Source: Clostridia bacterium
Lineage (GTDB): Bacteria > Bacillota > Clostridia > Oscillospirales > CAG-272
Direction: 5' to 3'
Assembly (NCBI GenBank): GCA_017415805.1
Contig: JAFQEC010000008.1
Span: 644-64,643 of the forward strand
Length of the DNA stretch: 64,000 nucleotides
Below, piece after piece: positions 25,782-34,032 of this stretch (positions are counted from its first letter, which is position 1; every line of letters begins with the position of its first letter). The translations under genes and the position numbers were made by a program. The notes beneath the pieces were generated by a model. It was not told the origin of the DNA, made no database searches, and saw only the letters and a program-made list of their open reading frames with translations.

Positions 25782-27086
25782 TTATAGCACGATGGCAAGC
25801 CCTGTCAATGCAGCAAGCAGCGAAGGAGCTGCGATCAGCGCGCCGTACCCCATAAAACGCCCGAAGGAGAGCTGTACGCCGTGCGTCTTGAGCAAGGACA
25901 TCCACATAATACCCGCAAGAGCACCCATGGGGGTGAGAAAGGCACCCACGTTCGAGCCGATCACCGCGGCATAAAGCGCGGCGGCACCCCCATCCCCCGC
26001 AGCGGAAATTGCGGAAAAGAGCACACTCATCGGAATGTTGTTGACCAGATTGGCCGAGAGGAAGGACGCGATGCCATACCGAAAGGTCGTATCCCACACA
26101 CCGCCGCCGGCGAGTGCTGCGGCCGCAGCGGCCGTAACGCCCGCACCATCCAGTGCGAGCACCAGCACGAACATCGAAAGCACAAACGGAATGATATCAA
26201 AGGGCGCGCGCACCACACTGTGACGCACGGTAGCAAGGCCGCGGTGGCGCATCAGCAGCTCGGGCACGACCGCCACATACAGCACGGCACACGCCAGTGC
26301 CGCGATCTTCCACATCGGGAGATCGAGATACGAGGACAGCACCAAAAGCACCAAGCACCCTCCAAGCGCCAAGAGACCAATGGCCATGGTCGGTCGGTCT
26401 GCCGCGATCGCGGTAGGGGGCGTAGCGTGAATGGGCTCTCGCAGCCGACGGCGGAAGATCAGCCAGAGCATGAGCAACGAGGTCATGCCCGCAAGCGCGG
26501 TGGGCAGCAGCATCACGGCGGTATATGCCGCAAAGGAGATGCCCGCACCCGTGGCCAGATAAATATTCGTGGGGTTGCCGATGATCAGCACCATGCTCCA
26601 GGTATTGGCCGCCACGAACTCGCAGATCAGGTACGGAAGCGGATCAATGTGCGCGTTCTTGCAGAAATAGCAGATAAAGGGTGTGAAGGTCAGCACGATG
26701 ATGTCGTTCGAGGTAAAGACCGTCAGCACCGAGACCGTGGCATAGAGTGCCAGAAACAGCGTGGTCTGACTGCCACCCGCGCGCCGCAAAAGCGCGCCTG
26801 CCAGCACACGGAAGAACCCCGCCTCGTCCAAAAACAGCGACATGAGCGTCATAGCGAAAAACAGCACCAGGATCTTCAGCGGATTTACGGCGGTGTCGGC
26901 AGTAAGTCCCCCGACGATGGCCCTGCCCGAGATCAGACCGCAGGCAAACAGCACAATTGCCCCTGCCAAGGGCGCGAGCCAAAAGATGCGCACGGCGGTG
27001 TGGTGCGGATGCAAGCGGGGCTCAAACAGCACCAGCGCGATCATCGCCGCCACACTCAAAAAGCAAATTGTCAGTACCGCGATCAT
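25782..27086 (-). CDS. ArsB/NhaD-superfamily permease
   Basis: Start at MIAVLTI with an AGAGGGA RBS. About 10-12 TM helices. Typical LFLDEAGFF and GNPTNI motifs. Confidence 0.75.
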   Translation of the reverse strand: MIAVLTICFLSVAAMIALVLFEPRLHPHHTAVRIFWLAPLAGAIVLFACGLISGRAIVGGLTADTAVNPLKILVLFFAMTLMSLFLDEAGFFRVLAGALLRRAGGSQTTLFLALYATVSVLTVFTSNDIIVLTFTPFICYFCKNAHIDPLPYLICEFVAANTWSMVLIIGNPTNIYLATGAGISFAAYTAVMLLPTALAGMTSLLMLWLIFRRRLREPIHATPPTAIAADRPTMAIGLLALGGCLVLLVLSSYLDLPMWKIAALACAVLYVAVVPELLMRHRGLATVRHSVVRAPFDIIPFVLSMFVLVLALDGAGVTAAAAAALAGGGVWDTTFRYGIASFLSANLVNNIPMSVLFSAISAAGDGGAAALYAAVIGSNVGAFLTPMGALAGIMWMSLLKTHGVQLSFGRFMGYGALIAAPSLLAALTGLAIVL

Positions 27087-27178
27087 AGATTCCCTCTTGC
27101 TTTGAAAATTCTTTCTACAATATAGCACAAATGTGCGAGGAATGCAAGAGGGTATCGAAATTTCAAGAAATTACGCGC

Positions 27179-27745
27179 TCAAGTGACGGGCAGCGCGATG
27201 CCGTTGATCAAATTTCCGAAGCAGTCCGCACGCTGTACGTCAAAGCGCACGCCCTCTATGTGCAAAAACCGCTTCAGGGGTGCATCGTAGCGCGCAAGCG
27301 GGCGGTTGTAGGCATCGTTGGAGTGCGCTGAGACCAGCAGCCCCTGTGCGCCTCGCCCCGTAATGAGCAGGGTGTGATAATAATCCCCCTCGGCATCCCC
27401 GAGCTGTACTACGTCCCCCTCGGCGACCTCGCCCTCGCTCACCGCGCGACCAAAGGGACCCGTGCCGCCGTTTGCGGCGCGAAATTCGCCTGCCCCCGTC
27501 ATAAATTCCCAAAAATATTCTACACCCGTCCACGCGGGGGCGCGATCCTCACTTGTGCGGTAATACCACCCGAAGTCAGGTGTGAAATTCATCACACAGC
27601 TCCCTGCCAGCACCGATTGCGACACGAAATTGGTGCAATCGCCGCCGATCCCCGTGAAATTGTAGAACAGCGGATTGCGCGCCATTGCCCAGCGGCGTGC
27701 ATATTCAAGCGCACGCATACGGTTATATTCTGCTACTACCAGCAT
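27179..27745 (-). CDS. putative amidase-domain protein (cysteine-peptidase-like)
   Basis: Start at MLVVAEYNR with a GAGGTGAG RBS. The YARRWA..RNP.FYNF...GGDCTNFVSQ block is characteristic of the family. Confidence 0.75.
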   Translation of the reverse strand: MLVVAEYNRMRALEYARRWAMARNPLFYNFTGIGGDCTNFVSQSVLAGSCVMNFTPDFGWYYRTSEDRAPAWTGVEYFWEFMTGAGEFRAANGGTGPFGRAVSEGEVAEGDVVQLGDAEGDYYHTLLITGRGAQGLLVSAHSNDAYNRPLARYDAPLKRFLHIEGVRFDVQRADCFGNLINGIALPVT

Positions 27746-27791
27746 TTCTCTCACCTCATAAGCAGCATATGCACAAGGGCGCGATTTCGAC

Positions 27792-27832
27792 AAAAAAGGC
27801 ATCTCAAGCTACGGCTTGAGATGCCCCTTTTC
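27792..27832 (-). terminator. Rho-independent terminator
   Basis: Stem GGCATCTCAAGC / GCTTGAGATGCC followed by TTTTTTG on the minus strand. Confidence 0.8.
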
Positions 27833-27833
27833 T

Positions 27834-29351
27834 TTATTCGGCAGAATCACCCGCAGCACTTGAGATCCGCGCCGCCGCGGTGTCAGCCGCCTCAAGGCGT
27901 TCGATCATGCGCGCCGCGATCTGCTCGGTCGTGAGCGTTTCGAGCTCCTCGACGGTGAACAGATCCGAAAAGCCACCCGCGATCAGCTCGATCGCCGAAT
28001 CGGTAACGGGAATCTGCTCGGATAGCATCAGACCCTTCAAATCGGTGGCGAACGTCTCCTCATTCACAGCGTCGTTTTCCACCGAGCTCCGCAGAAGCAC
28101 TGCCATCTGCTCCATGAGCTCGGGGTGCTCCTCGGCATAATCGGCAGGGAGCCCCAGCTCGCGCACAAGTAAGCGCATACCCACGTCGGTGAAGGCCTCT
28201 GTCACGGGCTGCATGCGCGGATTTTTCGCAACAAGTGCCTCGGTTTCAGCCAAGATGTCGGTAACTGCCAGTTTATCCACAAACGCACCCTGCTCGGTCT
28301 CCTCGCCCAAAAGCGCAAACAGATCGTGCTTGACCAGAAGCCCGAAAAGCTCCGAGAACGAGGAGAGGTCCTTGGTAAGCGTATCGGTGGTTTCGGTAGA
28401 AAAAACCTCCAAAAATGCATTCAGAACAACATCGCCGTTGTCGCTTGCTTCCGGCCTTGATATGTTGATGAAGGTCCTTCCGTCCAACCATGCCTGCGAT
28501 GCCGAGCGCAGCGTACCCGTGGCAAGGGATGAGAGCATCGGCGATTCACTCACGCTCCGAGACATGCGCGCAAGCGCGGCCTGCTCGGCAGCACCGTATG
28601 CGTGGATCGGCTTTTCCGAAAGGCTTTTGATGCCTGTTCCAACCGATAAAATGGCGTCCATCTCGCTCTCCAGCGAGACCTCCTGCTCGTTCCAGGAGAC
28701 GGTGGTGAGCGCCGTAAACAAGCGGCCGCTTGCCAGACCGTGCAAGGGAGCGACCAGCGGCGCGTCGGCGGCAGACGCCAAAAATTCTTCATTATAGGAA
28801 TAGAGCGATGCCATGGAATCCTCGTCCTCGTTGGTCGAGCCCTCACCGATCACCGACAGCGCGTGGCTCACCGTTTCGGTGTAGCCCAGCACGGGCGTGA
28901 GGAACACGATCGCACCGATCAGGCCCGTGCAGATCCCCACCAGAGCGCCGCCAAGGCGGCAGATCACAGCGTTCTTCGGCCCCTCGATCATGAAGCACCC
29001 CAGCACCACGCGGTACACGATGAGCGTGATCAGCTTGAGGATCGGATACAAAATCAAAAACAGAATGGGGGCGACCAGCATATGTACAATGGCCACGACC
29101 GCCTGCTTGATCTCGGGTGCATCCTGCAGTGCGGCTGCAAACTCGGGATTGGAGAGCAGGCTGGTTTCAAAGGCGGTCAGCGCCTTCTCGCCGACAACAC
29201 CGCCCAGCCAGCGCGCCAGAAAGAATGCACCGACGGCCGCAAGCACCAGTGTGCCAAGGCGCACGACCGAGCGATTCAGCCCGCGTATAAGGCCAAAGAG
29301 CACATTGAGCAACAAGATCAGAAAAACGACCAACAAAAGAAGAGCTTGCAT
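27834..29351 (-). CDS. CvpA-like membrane protein with long helical C-terminal domain
   Basis: AAAGGAG RBS. Four N-terminal TM helices in a CvpA-like pattern, then about 330 aa of soluble acidic domain. Confidence 0.55.
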   Translation of the reverse strand: MQALLLLVVFLILLLNVLFGLIRGLNRSVVRLGTLVLAAVGAFFLARWLGGVVGEKALTAFETSLLSNPEFAAALQDAPEIKQAVVAIVHMLVAPILFLILYPILKLITLIVYRVVLGCFMIEGPKNAVICRLGGALVGICTGLIGAIVFLTPVLGYTETVSHALSVIGEGSTNEDEDSMASLYSYNEEFLASAADAPLVAPLHGLASGRLFTALTTVSWNEQEVSLESEMDAILSVGTGIKSLSEKPIHAYGAAEQAALARMSRSVSESPMLSSLATGTLRSASQAWLDGRTFINISRPEASDNGDVVLNAFLEVFSTETTDTLTKDLSSFSELFGLLVKHDLFALLGEETEQGAFVDKLAVTDILAETEALVAKNPRMQPVTEAFTDVGMRLLVRELGLPADYAEEHPELMEQMAVLLRSSVENDAVNEETFATDLKGLMLSEQIPVTDSAIELIAGGFSDLFTVEELETLTTEQIAARMIERLEAADTAAARISSAAGDSAE

Positions 29352-29377
29352 CGCTTTGAGACTCCTTTATCTGAATT

Positions 29378-30268
29378 TCAATTCTTTTTTCGTTTTGCGG
29401 CACACATGCACATGCGCTCGCACAGCATAGGGAATGGAATGCCCGCAGTCGCGGCCGCCAGGGGCAGGAGACTGGTCTCGGTCATCCCGGGCAGGGTATT
29501 TGCCTCTAAAAAATGGGGCTCGCCCACCGCGTTTTCACGAAAATCAATGCGCGCAAAATCGCGCAGACCCAACGCCGCAAACGCTTTGCATGCAAGCGCT
29601 TGCAGATGTGCGGTGGCGGCGGCATCTATGGGTGCGGGACAAAGCTCCTCGCAGGCGCCCACCGTATATTTGTGCGCGTAATCATACGCACCCGCAATGG
29701 GACGGATCTCCACCACGGGGAGCGCCTCTCCCTCTAAAATCCCCACGGTATATTCCCTGCCCGTAAGATATTCCTCGCATAAAAGGGGGACGGACGGGGT
29801 GAATTTTTCCAGCTCTGCGGGGGTGTTGACAAAACACAGCCCCACACTCGATCCCCCGTCGGGGGGCTTACACACAAGCGGTGCGCAAACAGGCGGCGGC
29901 TCGCCCGGCATCCACAGCCCACCGCGCGCCACAGGGATACCAAATGCCCTGACGCACTCTCTTGCCAAATGCTTTTGCATGGCAAGCGTCGCCCCCGAAG
30001 GGGCAGAGCCGATGTAATGCGCGATGCCTTCGCGCTCCAGCATCGCTTGCAGGGCTCCGTTCTCCCCTGCCCCGCCGTGAAGTGCAAGAAAGACCGCGTC
30101 ACACCCGTGCATCGCATCCAAGAGCATCTCCGCGAGGGGCTCTTCATTCCAATCGAACGCGCCCACGGTATGACCGCGCGCACGCAGAGCTGTTGTGACG
30201 CGCGCACCTGAGACAAGCGACACAGCGCGCTCGGCACTGTTGCCTCCGTAGAGCACCACAATCCGCAT
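29378..30268 (-). CDS. ddl: D-alanine--D-alanine ligase
   Basis: Start at MRIVVLYGGNSAERAVS with a GGAGGTG RBS. ATP-grasp core. C-terminal EANTLPGMT motif. Confidence 0.9.
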   Translation of the reverse strand: MRIVVLYGGNSAERAVSLVSGARVTTALRARGHTVGAFDWNEEPLAEMLLDAMHGCDAVFLALHGGAGENGALQAMLEREGIAHYIGSAPSGATLAMQKHLARECVRAFGIPVARGGLWMPGEPPPVCAPLVCKPPDGGSSVGLCFVNTPAELEKFTPSVPLLCEEYLTGREYTVGILEGEALPVVEIRPIAGAYDYAHKYTVGACEELCPAPIDAAATAHLQALACKAFAALGLRDFARIDFRENAVGEPHFLEANTLPGMTETSLLPLAAATAGIPFPMLCERMCMCAAKRKKN

Positions 30269-30312
30269 AGGATCACCTCCCCATAAAGGGTATGCGATCA
30301 CATGCAGATCGG

Positions 30313-31074
30313 CTATTGCAGCAAAACCACGCGGTCGTTTCCGCCAAGATCGCGCATCACGGTGGCACTTCGCCCGTATTGGGCGGCCAGCGCACGCAGA
30401 GCATTGGCTTGGTCGTAGCCGATCTCAAGCAGCAGAAAGCCGTCTTTTTTGAGTACCGTTTGCCAGTTTTTCAGGATAGAACGGTAGAAATCCAGCCCAT
30501 CCGTGCCGCCGCACAGTGCGGCCGCGGGCTCGTACTGTACCTCGCGCTGCAGCGTAGGCACAACGGCATTTGGAATATAGGGCGGATTGGAGAGGATCGC
30601 GTCAAAGCGCGTGGGCACCGTCGGCGGCAGCAGAACATCGGCACGCTCCAGCGTGATGCGATCCGCAACGCCGTTGCGCGCGGCATTACGCGCCGCCAGA
30701 GCCAGTGTTTCTTCAAACAGATCCACGGCACACGCCGTGAGATCGGGGCGATTTGCCAGCGTGGAGATCGCCACACAGCCACTGCCCGTGCACAGATCAA
30801 GAAAATGCGCACTCGGTGGCAAGCGGCGAATGGCCTCCTCCACCAAAAGCTCGGTATCGGAGCGCGGCACAAGGCACGCAGGGCTGACCTCATAGCATTC
30901 GCGGTAAAACCACCATTTTCCAAGAATGTATTGCAAGGGATACTGCGCGAGCCGACGCGCAAGCGCTGTGGCAAGTGCCTCACCCGAAAAGGTCTCACAC
31001 AAAAGCGTCGCCTCAAGTGCGGCATTTTCGATGCCGCCGCGCGTGAGTGCCTCGCGCACCTCTTGCTCGGTCAT
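30313..31074 (-). CDS. prmC: release factor glutamine N5-methyltransferase
   Basis: Start at MTEQEV with an AAAGGAGGGG RBS. SAM motif LDLCTGSG. Catalytic NPPY. The longer track ORF is an upstream read-in. Confidence 0.9.
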   Translation of the reverse strand: MTEQEVREALTRGGIENAALEATLLCETFSGEALATALARRLAQYPLQYILGKWWFYRECYEVSPACLVPRSDTELLVEEAIRRLPPSAHFLDLCTGSGCVAISTLANRPDLTACAVDLFEETLALAARNAARNGVADRITLERADVLLPPTVPTRFDAILSNPPYIPNAVVPTLQREVQYEPAAALCGGTDGLDFYRSILKNWQTVLKKDGFLLLEIGYDQANALRALAAQYGRSATVMRDLGGNDRVVLLQ

Positions 31075-31161
31075 ACCATACGCCCCTCCTTTGCCAAAAA
31101 TTCTCAACAGAACAAATAAAATTTGCGGAATACTAATAAAAAACACACAAAGGAGACGGTC

Positions 31162-31383
31162 ATGAACCACGAATCGTTTTGCAAAAAGGTCTTTTGCCTT
31201 GCCACGGCTACCGCCGTCACGGTCTATGTCACGGCGCGCGTGACCGATTGCCTGATGCATCACTTTTTCCAATATTGCAGTGTCTATCTGCCCCGCACGC
31301 AAGGCCCTTGTGCGTTTCCCCACGATTTAGAGGAAGCTGCCCAGGCCCCTGAGGAGCAAGCAGAGCATCCCGTGGCTGGCTGA
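31162..31383 (+). CDS. hypothetical 73-aa protein with one hydrophobic segment
   Basis: Internal ATG preceded by a strong AAAGGAGA RBS. GC-rich third codon positions like neighbouring genes. No homology recognised. Confidence 0.4.
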   Translation: MNHESFCKKVFCLATATAVTVYVTARVTDCLMHHFFQYCSVYLPRTQGPCAFPHDLEEAAQAPEEQAEHPVAG

Positions 31384-31503
31384 TCGCCCTGCGTAAAAGG
31401 CCCACGCCACCGCGATGCGTCTTCGGATATTTATATTGTACAATATTTTCGGGCAAATGTAAAGTTAAAACAGAGAAAAAGCGTGCTTCGCACGGCTTTT
31501 ATT

Positions 31504-31590
31504 TCATGTACAGCAAGAAAGCGCAAGCAACATCGCCATCAAGAGAAGCAGACAAAGCGCAGGAATGACATTTTGATGCTTCACCGTCAT
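31504..31590 (-). CDS. candidate 28-aa hydrophobic micro-protein (MTVKHQNVIPALCLLLLMAMLLALSCCT)
   Basis: Not in the ORF track. It lies between two separate terminators (31605-31642 upstream, hairpin AGCCGTGCGAAGCACGCT plus T-run downstream). It has a lipobox-like LALSC. The RBS is weak. Confidence 0.25.
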   Translation of the reverse strand: MTVKHQNVIPALCLLLLMAMLLALSCCT

Positions 31591-31604
31591 TTTCTGCGCA
31601 TCAC

Positions 31605-31642
31605 AAAAGAAGATCGCCGCCCATCATGGGCGGCGATCTCAG
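31605..31642 (-). terminator. Rho-independent terminator of the SBP gene
   Basis: Stem GATCGCCGCCC / GGGCGGCGATC followed by TTCTTTTGTG on the minus strand. Confidence 0.8.
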
Positions 31643-31659
31643 GTCTTATTAGATTTTAC

Positions 31660-33234
31660 TTAAAAGCCAAAGCCTCGTACCAGCTCTGCAAGCTGTGCTT
31701 CAATGGTGCCGATATAGGCCTGGTAGGTCTGCGACCAGGAGTTGCCGAAGGTTGCAGCGATCAACGGCTTTTGCTGCATGACCGAAAGGTCAGAGCCGAA
31801 GATCTTACCAAGGTCATATATAATAGAGGTACGAACGTACTGGAACATTGCAACCTCATCCTCGCCCTCTGCCCACTTGGAAAGCATGTTGACGTTAAAG
31901 ATCTGAGGAGTGGTCAGTGCGTAGCCCTCGGAGCCCCAGCACTCGATCACGGCAGAAAGCATCTGCAGCGTGCTCTTCTTATCGTTGTTGCGAACCTGGA
32001 AGTTGGCAGAAATACCGTACAGGGACAGGGGGTTACCGATATCCGTGTAGTAGTTGACCTGCTTCTCATCATACTTCGGAACAGGCAGAACACCGAACTT
32101 CAGACCGGGTGCATTGTCAATGATCTTCTGACCGACGTATGCACGCATGAGCAGGAACATGGTCTGGCGGTTGTAGAATGCATTTTCATAGCTGAGAGAT
32201 GCATCGTTATACCACTTGTTGTACGCGTCAATGTAAACGTCCTTGGTGGTCAGCCACTTACCGAGCTTACCGACCAGCTTGGTGGTCTTAAGTGAGCCGT
32301 AGTCATCCGATACCTTCAGGATCTTTTCGGTGTCATGGTCGACCAGACGCAGGTTTGCACCGAAATACAGCGCCTCTGCATGGAGCGTACCCGTGGCCAG
32401 ACCGATGCGGTCCTTGTTATCCTGCTTGTTGTTGTTGTTCGTATCCGCACCGAAGCCCGTGGTCATTTCGATGAGCTTGTCGATCGTCCACTTTCCGTCA
32501 TACACATAGCTGTACAGAAGGTCCGTACCCGTTTCCAGGTCCGCGTCCTGTGCTGCCTTGTTGAACTGACGGTCGATCAGCTCTTTGTTGAAGTACACCG
32601 CGTACATCATGTAAAGAGTGTTGGTCGAGCAGTCACCCGAAACGAAGTACATCGAGCCGCTGAAGTTACAGGTCTCGGTCATGGTAGCGGGCCAATAGAC
32701 ACGGTCCAGATCAATGTAGCCCATGTGACGGTCGACATTGTCGGGATTGAGGTATGCCGCATTGGAATCATCCTCAATGGTCATCATATCGACCAGATAA
32801 CCGCGGGTCGCCAGCATACCGATGGTCTTGGTGTAGCCCGAGATGATGTCGTAATGCTCATCGGGAGCAGCATTATAGGTGTTGACGACGTGCTGGATGA
32901 AGTTTTCCATGTACGTCACGTTGCCCTGCTGAATCTTAATGTCAAACACAACGCTCAAGCGGTCCTGAATGTTGAGGTTACGCTCGTAGATCGCACCTGC
33001 AACGTTGTCGGTACCGATGTTTGCAAGATCGACCTCGTACTCGTCAAACTCTGCGTTCCAGCCGAGAATACGAACCGTCTCACCCATGTAGTTCAGAGAT
33101 TCGGGAATACCGTCCTCTGCGGTACTGTTGTTGCCGCCCTCGTTCGGATCCTCCTCCTTCTTACATGCTACGATCAGCGTAGCAAAGGAGAGAAGGACGA
33201 GAAGCAGTGCAAGCAATCTGACCCATGTTTTCAT
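31660..33234 (-). CDS. large extracellular solute-binding lipoprotein (ABC substrate-binding family), orphan
   Basis: Start at MKTWVRLL. Lipobox IVAC. About 520-aa SBP-like body. No permease or ATPase gene is adjacent. Confidence 0.75.
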   Translation of the reverse strand: MKTWVRLLALLLVLLSFATLIVACKKEEDPNEGGNNSTAEDGIPESLNYMGETVRILGWNAEFDEYEVDLANIGTDNVAGAIYERNLNIQDRLSVVFDIKIQQGNVTYMENFIQHVVNTYNAAPDEHYDIISGYTKTIGMLATRGYLVDMMTIEDDSNAAYLNPDNVDRHMGYIDLDRVYWPATMTETCNFSGSMYFVSGDCSTNTLYMMYAVYFNKELIDRQFNKAAQDADLETGTDLLYSYVYDGKWTIDKLIEMTTGFGADTNNNNKQDNKDRIGLATGTLHAEALYFGANLRLVDHDTEKILKVSDDYGSLKTTKLVGKLGKWLTTKDVYIDAYNKWYNDASLSYENAFYNRQTMFLLMRAYVGQKIIDNAPGLKFGVLPVPKYDEKQVNYYTDIGNPLSLYGISANFQVRNNDKKSTLQMLSAVIECWGSEGYALTTPQIFNVNMLSKWAEGEDEVAMFQYVRTSIIYDLGKIFGSDLSVMQQKPLIAATFGNSWSQTYQAYIGTIEAQLAELVRGFGF

Positions 33235-33406
33235 GTTGCCTTTTGCCCCCGCAAGAATCTTGCGGAAACTCCTCCTTTTCGGATTTTTGGGTTTTGAAAA
33301 CCTACCTATGAATATAGCAAAAGTGGTGCGCACTGTCGGCCGACAGCCTCACCGAATTCCGCTATATCGCACAAGAATCATTTCCAAAATCCCTTTGTAC
33401 GTATAC

Positions 33407-33435
33407 ATTGTAACAAAAACCCCGGGATTTGTCAA
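33407..33435 (-). promoter_or_regulatory. sigma-A type promoter of the SBP gene
   Basis: TTGACA, 17-nt spacer, TACAAT. It predicts a leader of about 165 nt. Confidence 0.65.
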
Positions 33436-33592
33436 TTGTCTTTTTCGAATATTTCACGAAAAAGAAAAACTTTTTTTGCTTTCGTTGTTATTTTGGTGAT
33501 CTGTAAATCTTTTTTCTCTCTTCCTTTACGTGCCGTTCAAAAAAACGAAACATTTTGCGCGCATTCCGTCTCCTGCTGTAGCCAAGGGACCC

Positions 33593-33621
33593 TTGACAAA
33601 AAGCTCTGCCCGTGCTATAAT
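33593..33621 (+). promoter_or_regulatory. sigma-A type promoter of rnpB
   Basis: Perfect TTGACA, 17-nt spacer, TATAAT. Confidence 0.8.
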
Positions 33622-33640
33622 GCACTCGCACCCACGGGTG

Positions 33641-33996
33641 CAAACTTCACCAAACGGTCGCGCGGTATGTTGCCGAAAGGTATTACCGTGAGGAAAGTCC
33701 GGGCTTCACAGGGCAGGATAGCTGATAACGTCAGCCGCAGGTGACTGCCGGGAAAGTGCAACAGAAAGAAACCGCCTCTTTTGAGGTAAGGATGGAAAGG
33801 CGAGGTAAGAGCTCACCCACTCCTATGGTAACATAGGTTTGCTGTAAACCCTATCCGAAGCAACACCGTATGAGGGGTGCCTGCCCGGCACATGCCCCTC
33901 GGGTGGCACGGGAGCGATCCCGAAGCGGCGCGGTGACGCGGCGCGCAGATAGATGACCGTTCAACGACAGAACCCGGCTTATCGGTGGAGTTTCAA
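33641..33996 (+). ncRNA. rnpB: RNase P RNA, bacterial type A
   Basis: Universal GAGGAAAGTCCGGGC block at 33690, and ACAGAACCCGGCTTATCGG at the 3' end. P1 forms by AAACTTCACC (33642-33651) pairing with GGTGGAGTTT (33984-33993). It has its own promoter and terminator. Confidence 0.9.
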
Positions 33997-33997
33997 C

Positions 33998-34031
33998 AAA
34001 AAAGCACCCGTTTGGGTGCTTTTTTGTTTTT
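33998..34031. terminator. bidirectional hairpin terminator (rnpB and ftsK)
   Basis: Stem AGCACCC / GGGTGCT flanked by an A-run and TTTTTGTTTTT. Confidence 0.85.
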
Positions 34032-34032
34032 C

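Noticed and set aside
22012-27125. Other long antisense ORFs (22012-23046 minus, 22790-23764 plus, 23622-24881 plus, 24990-25769 minus, 25881-27125 plus)
   Set aside because: Each lies opposite to, or out of frame with, a gene that has clear family motifs (the Ldh2-family oxidoreductase, the SipL-like protein, the cytidylate-kinase-like protein, the ArsB/NhaD permease). The translations are Arg/Gly/His-rich.
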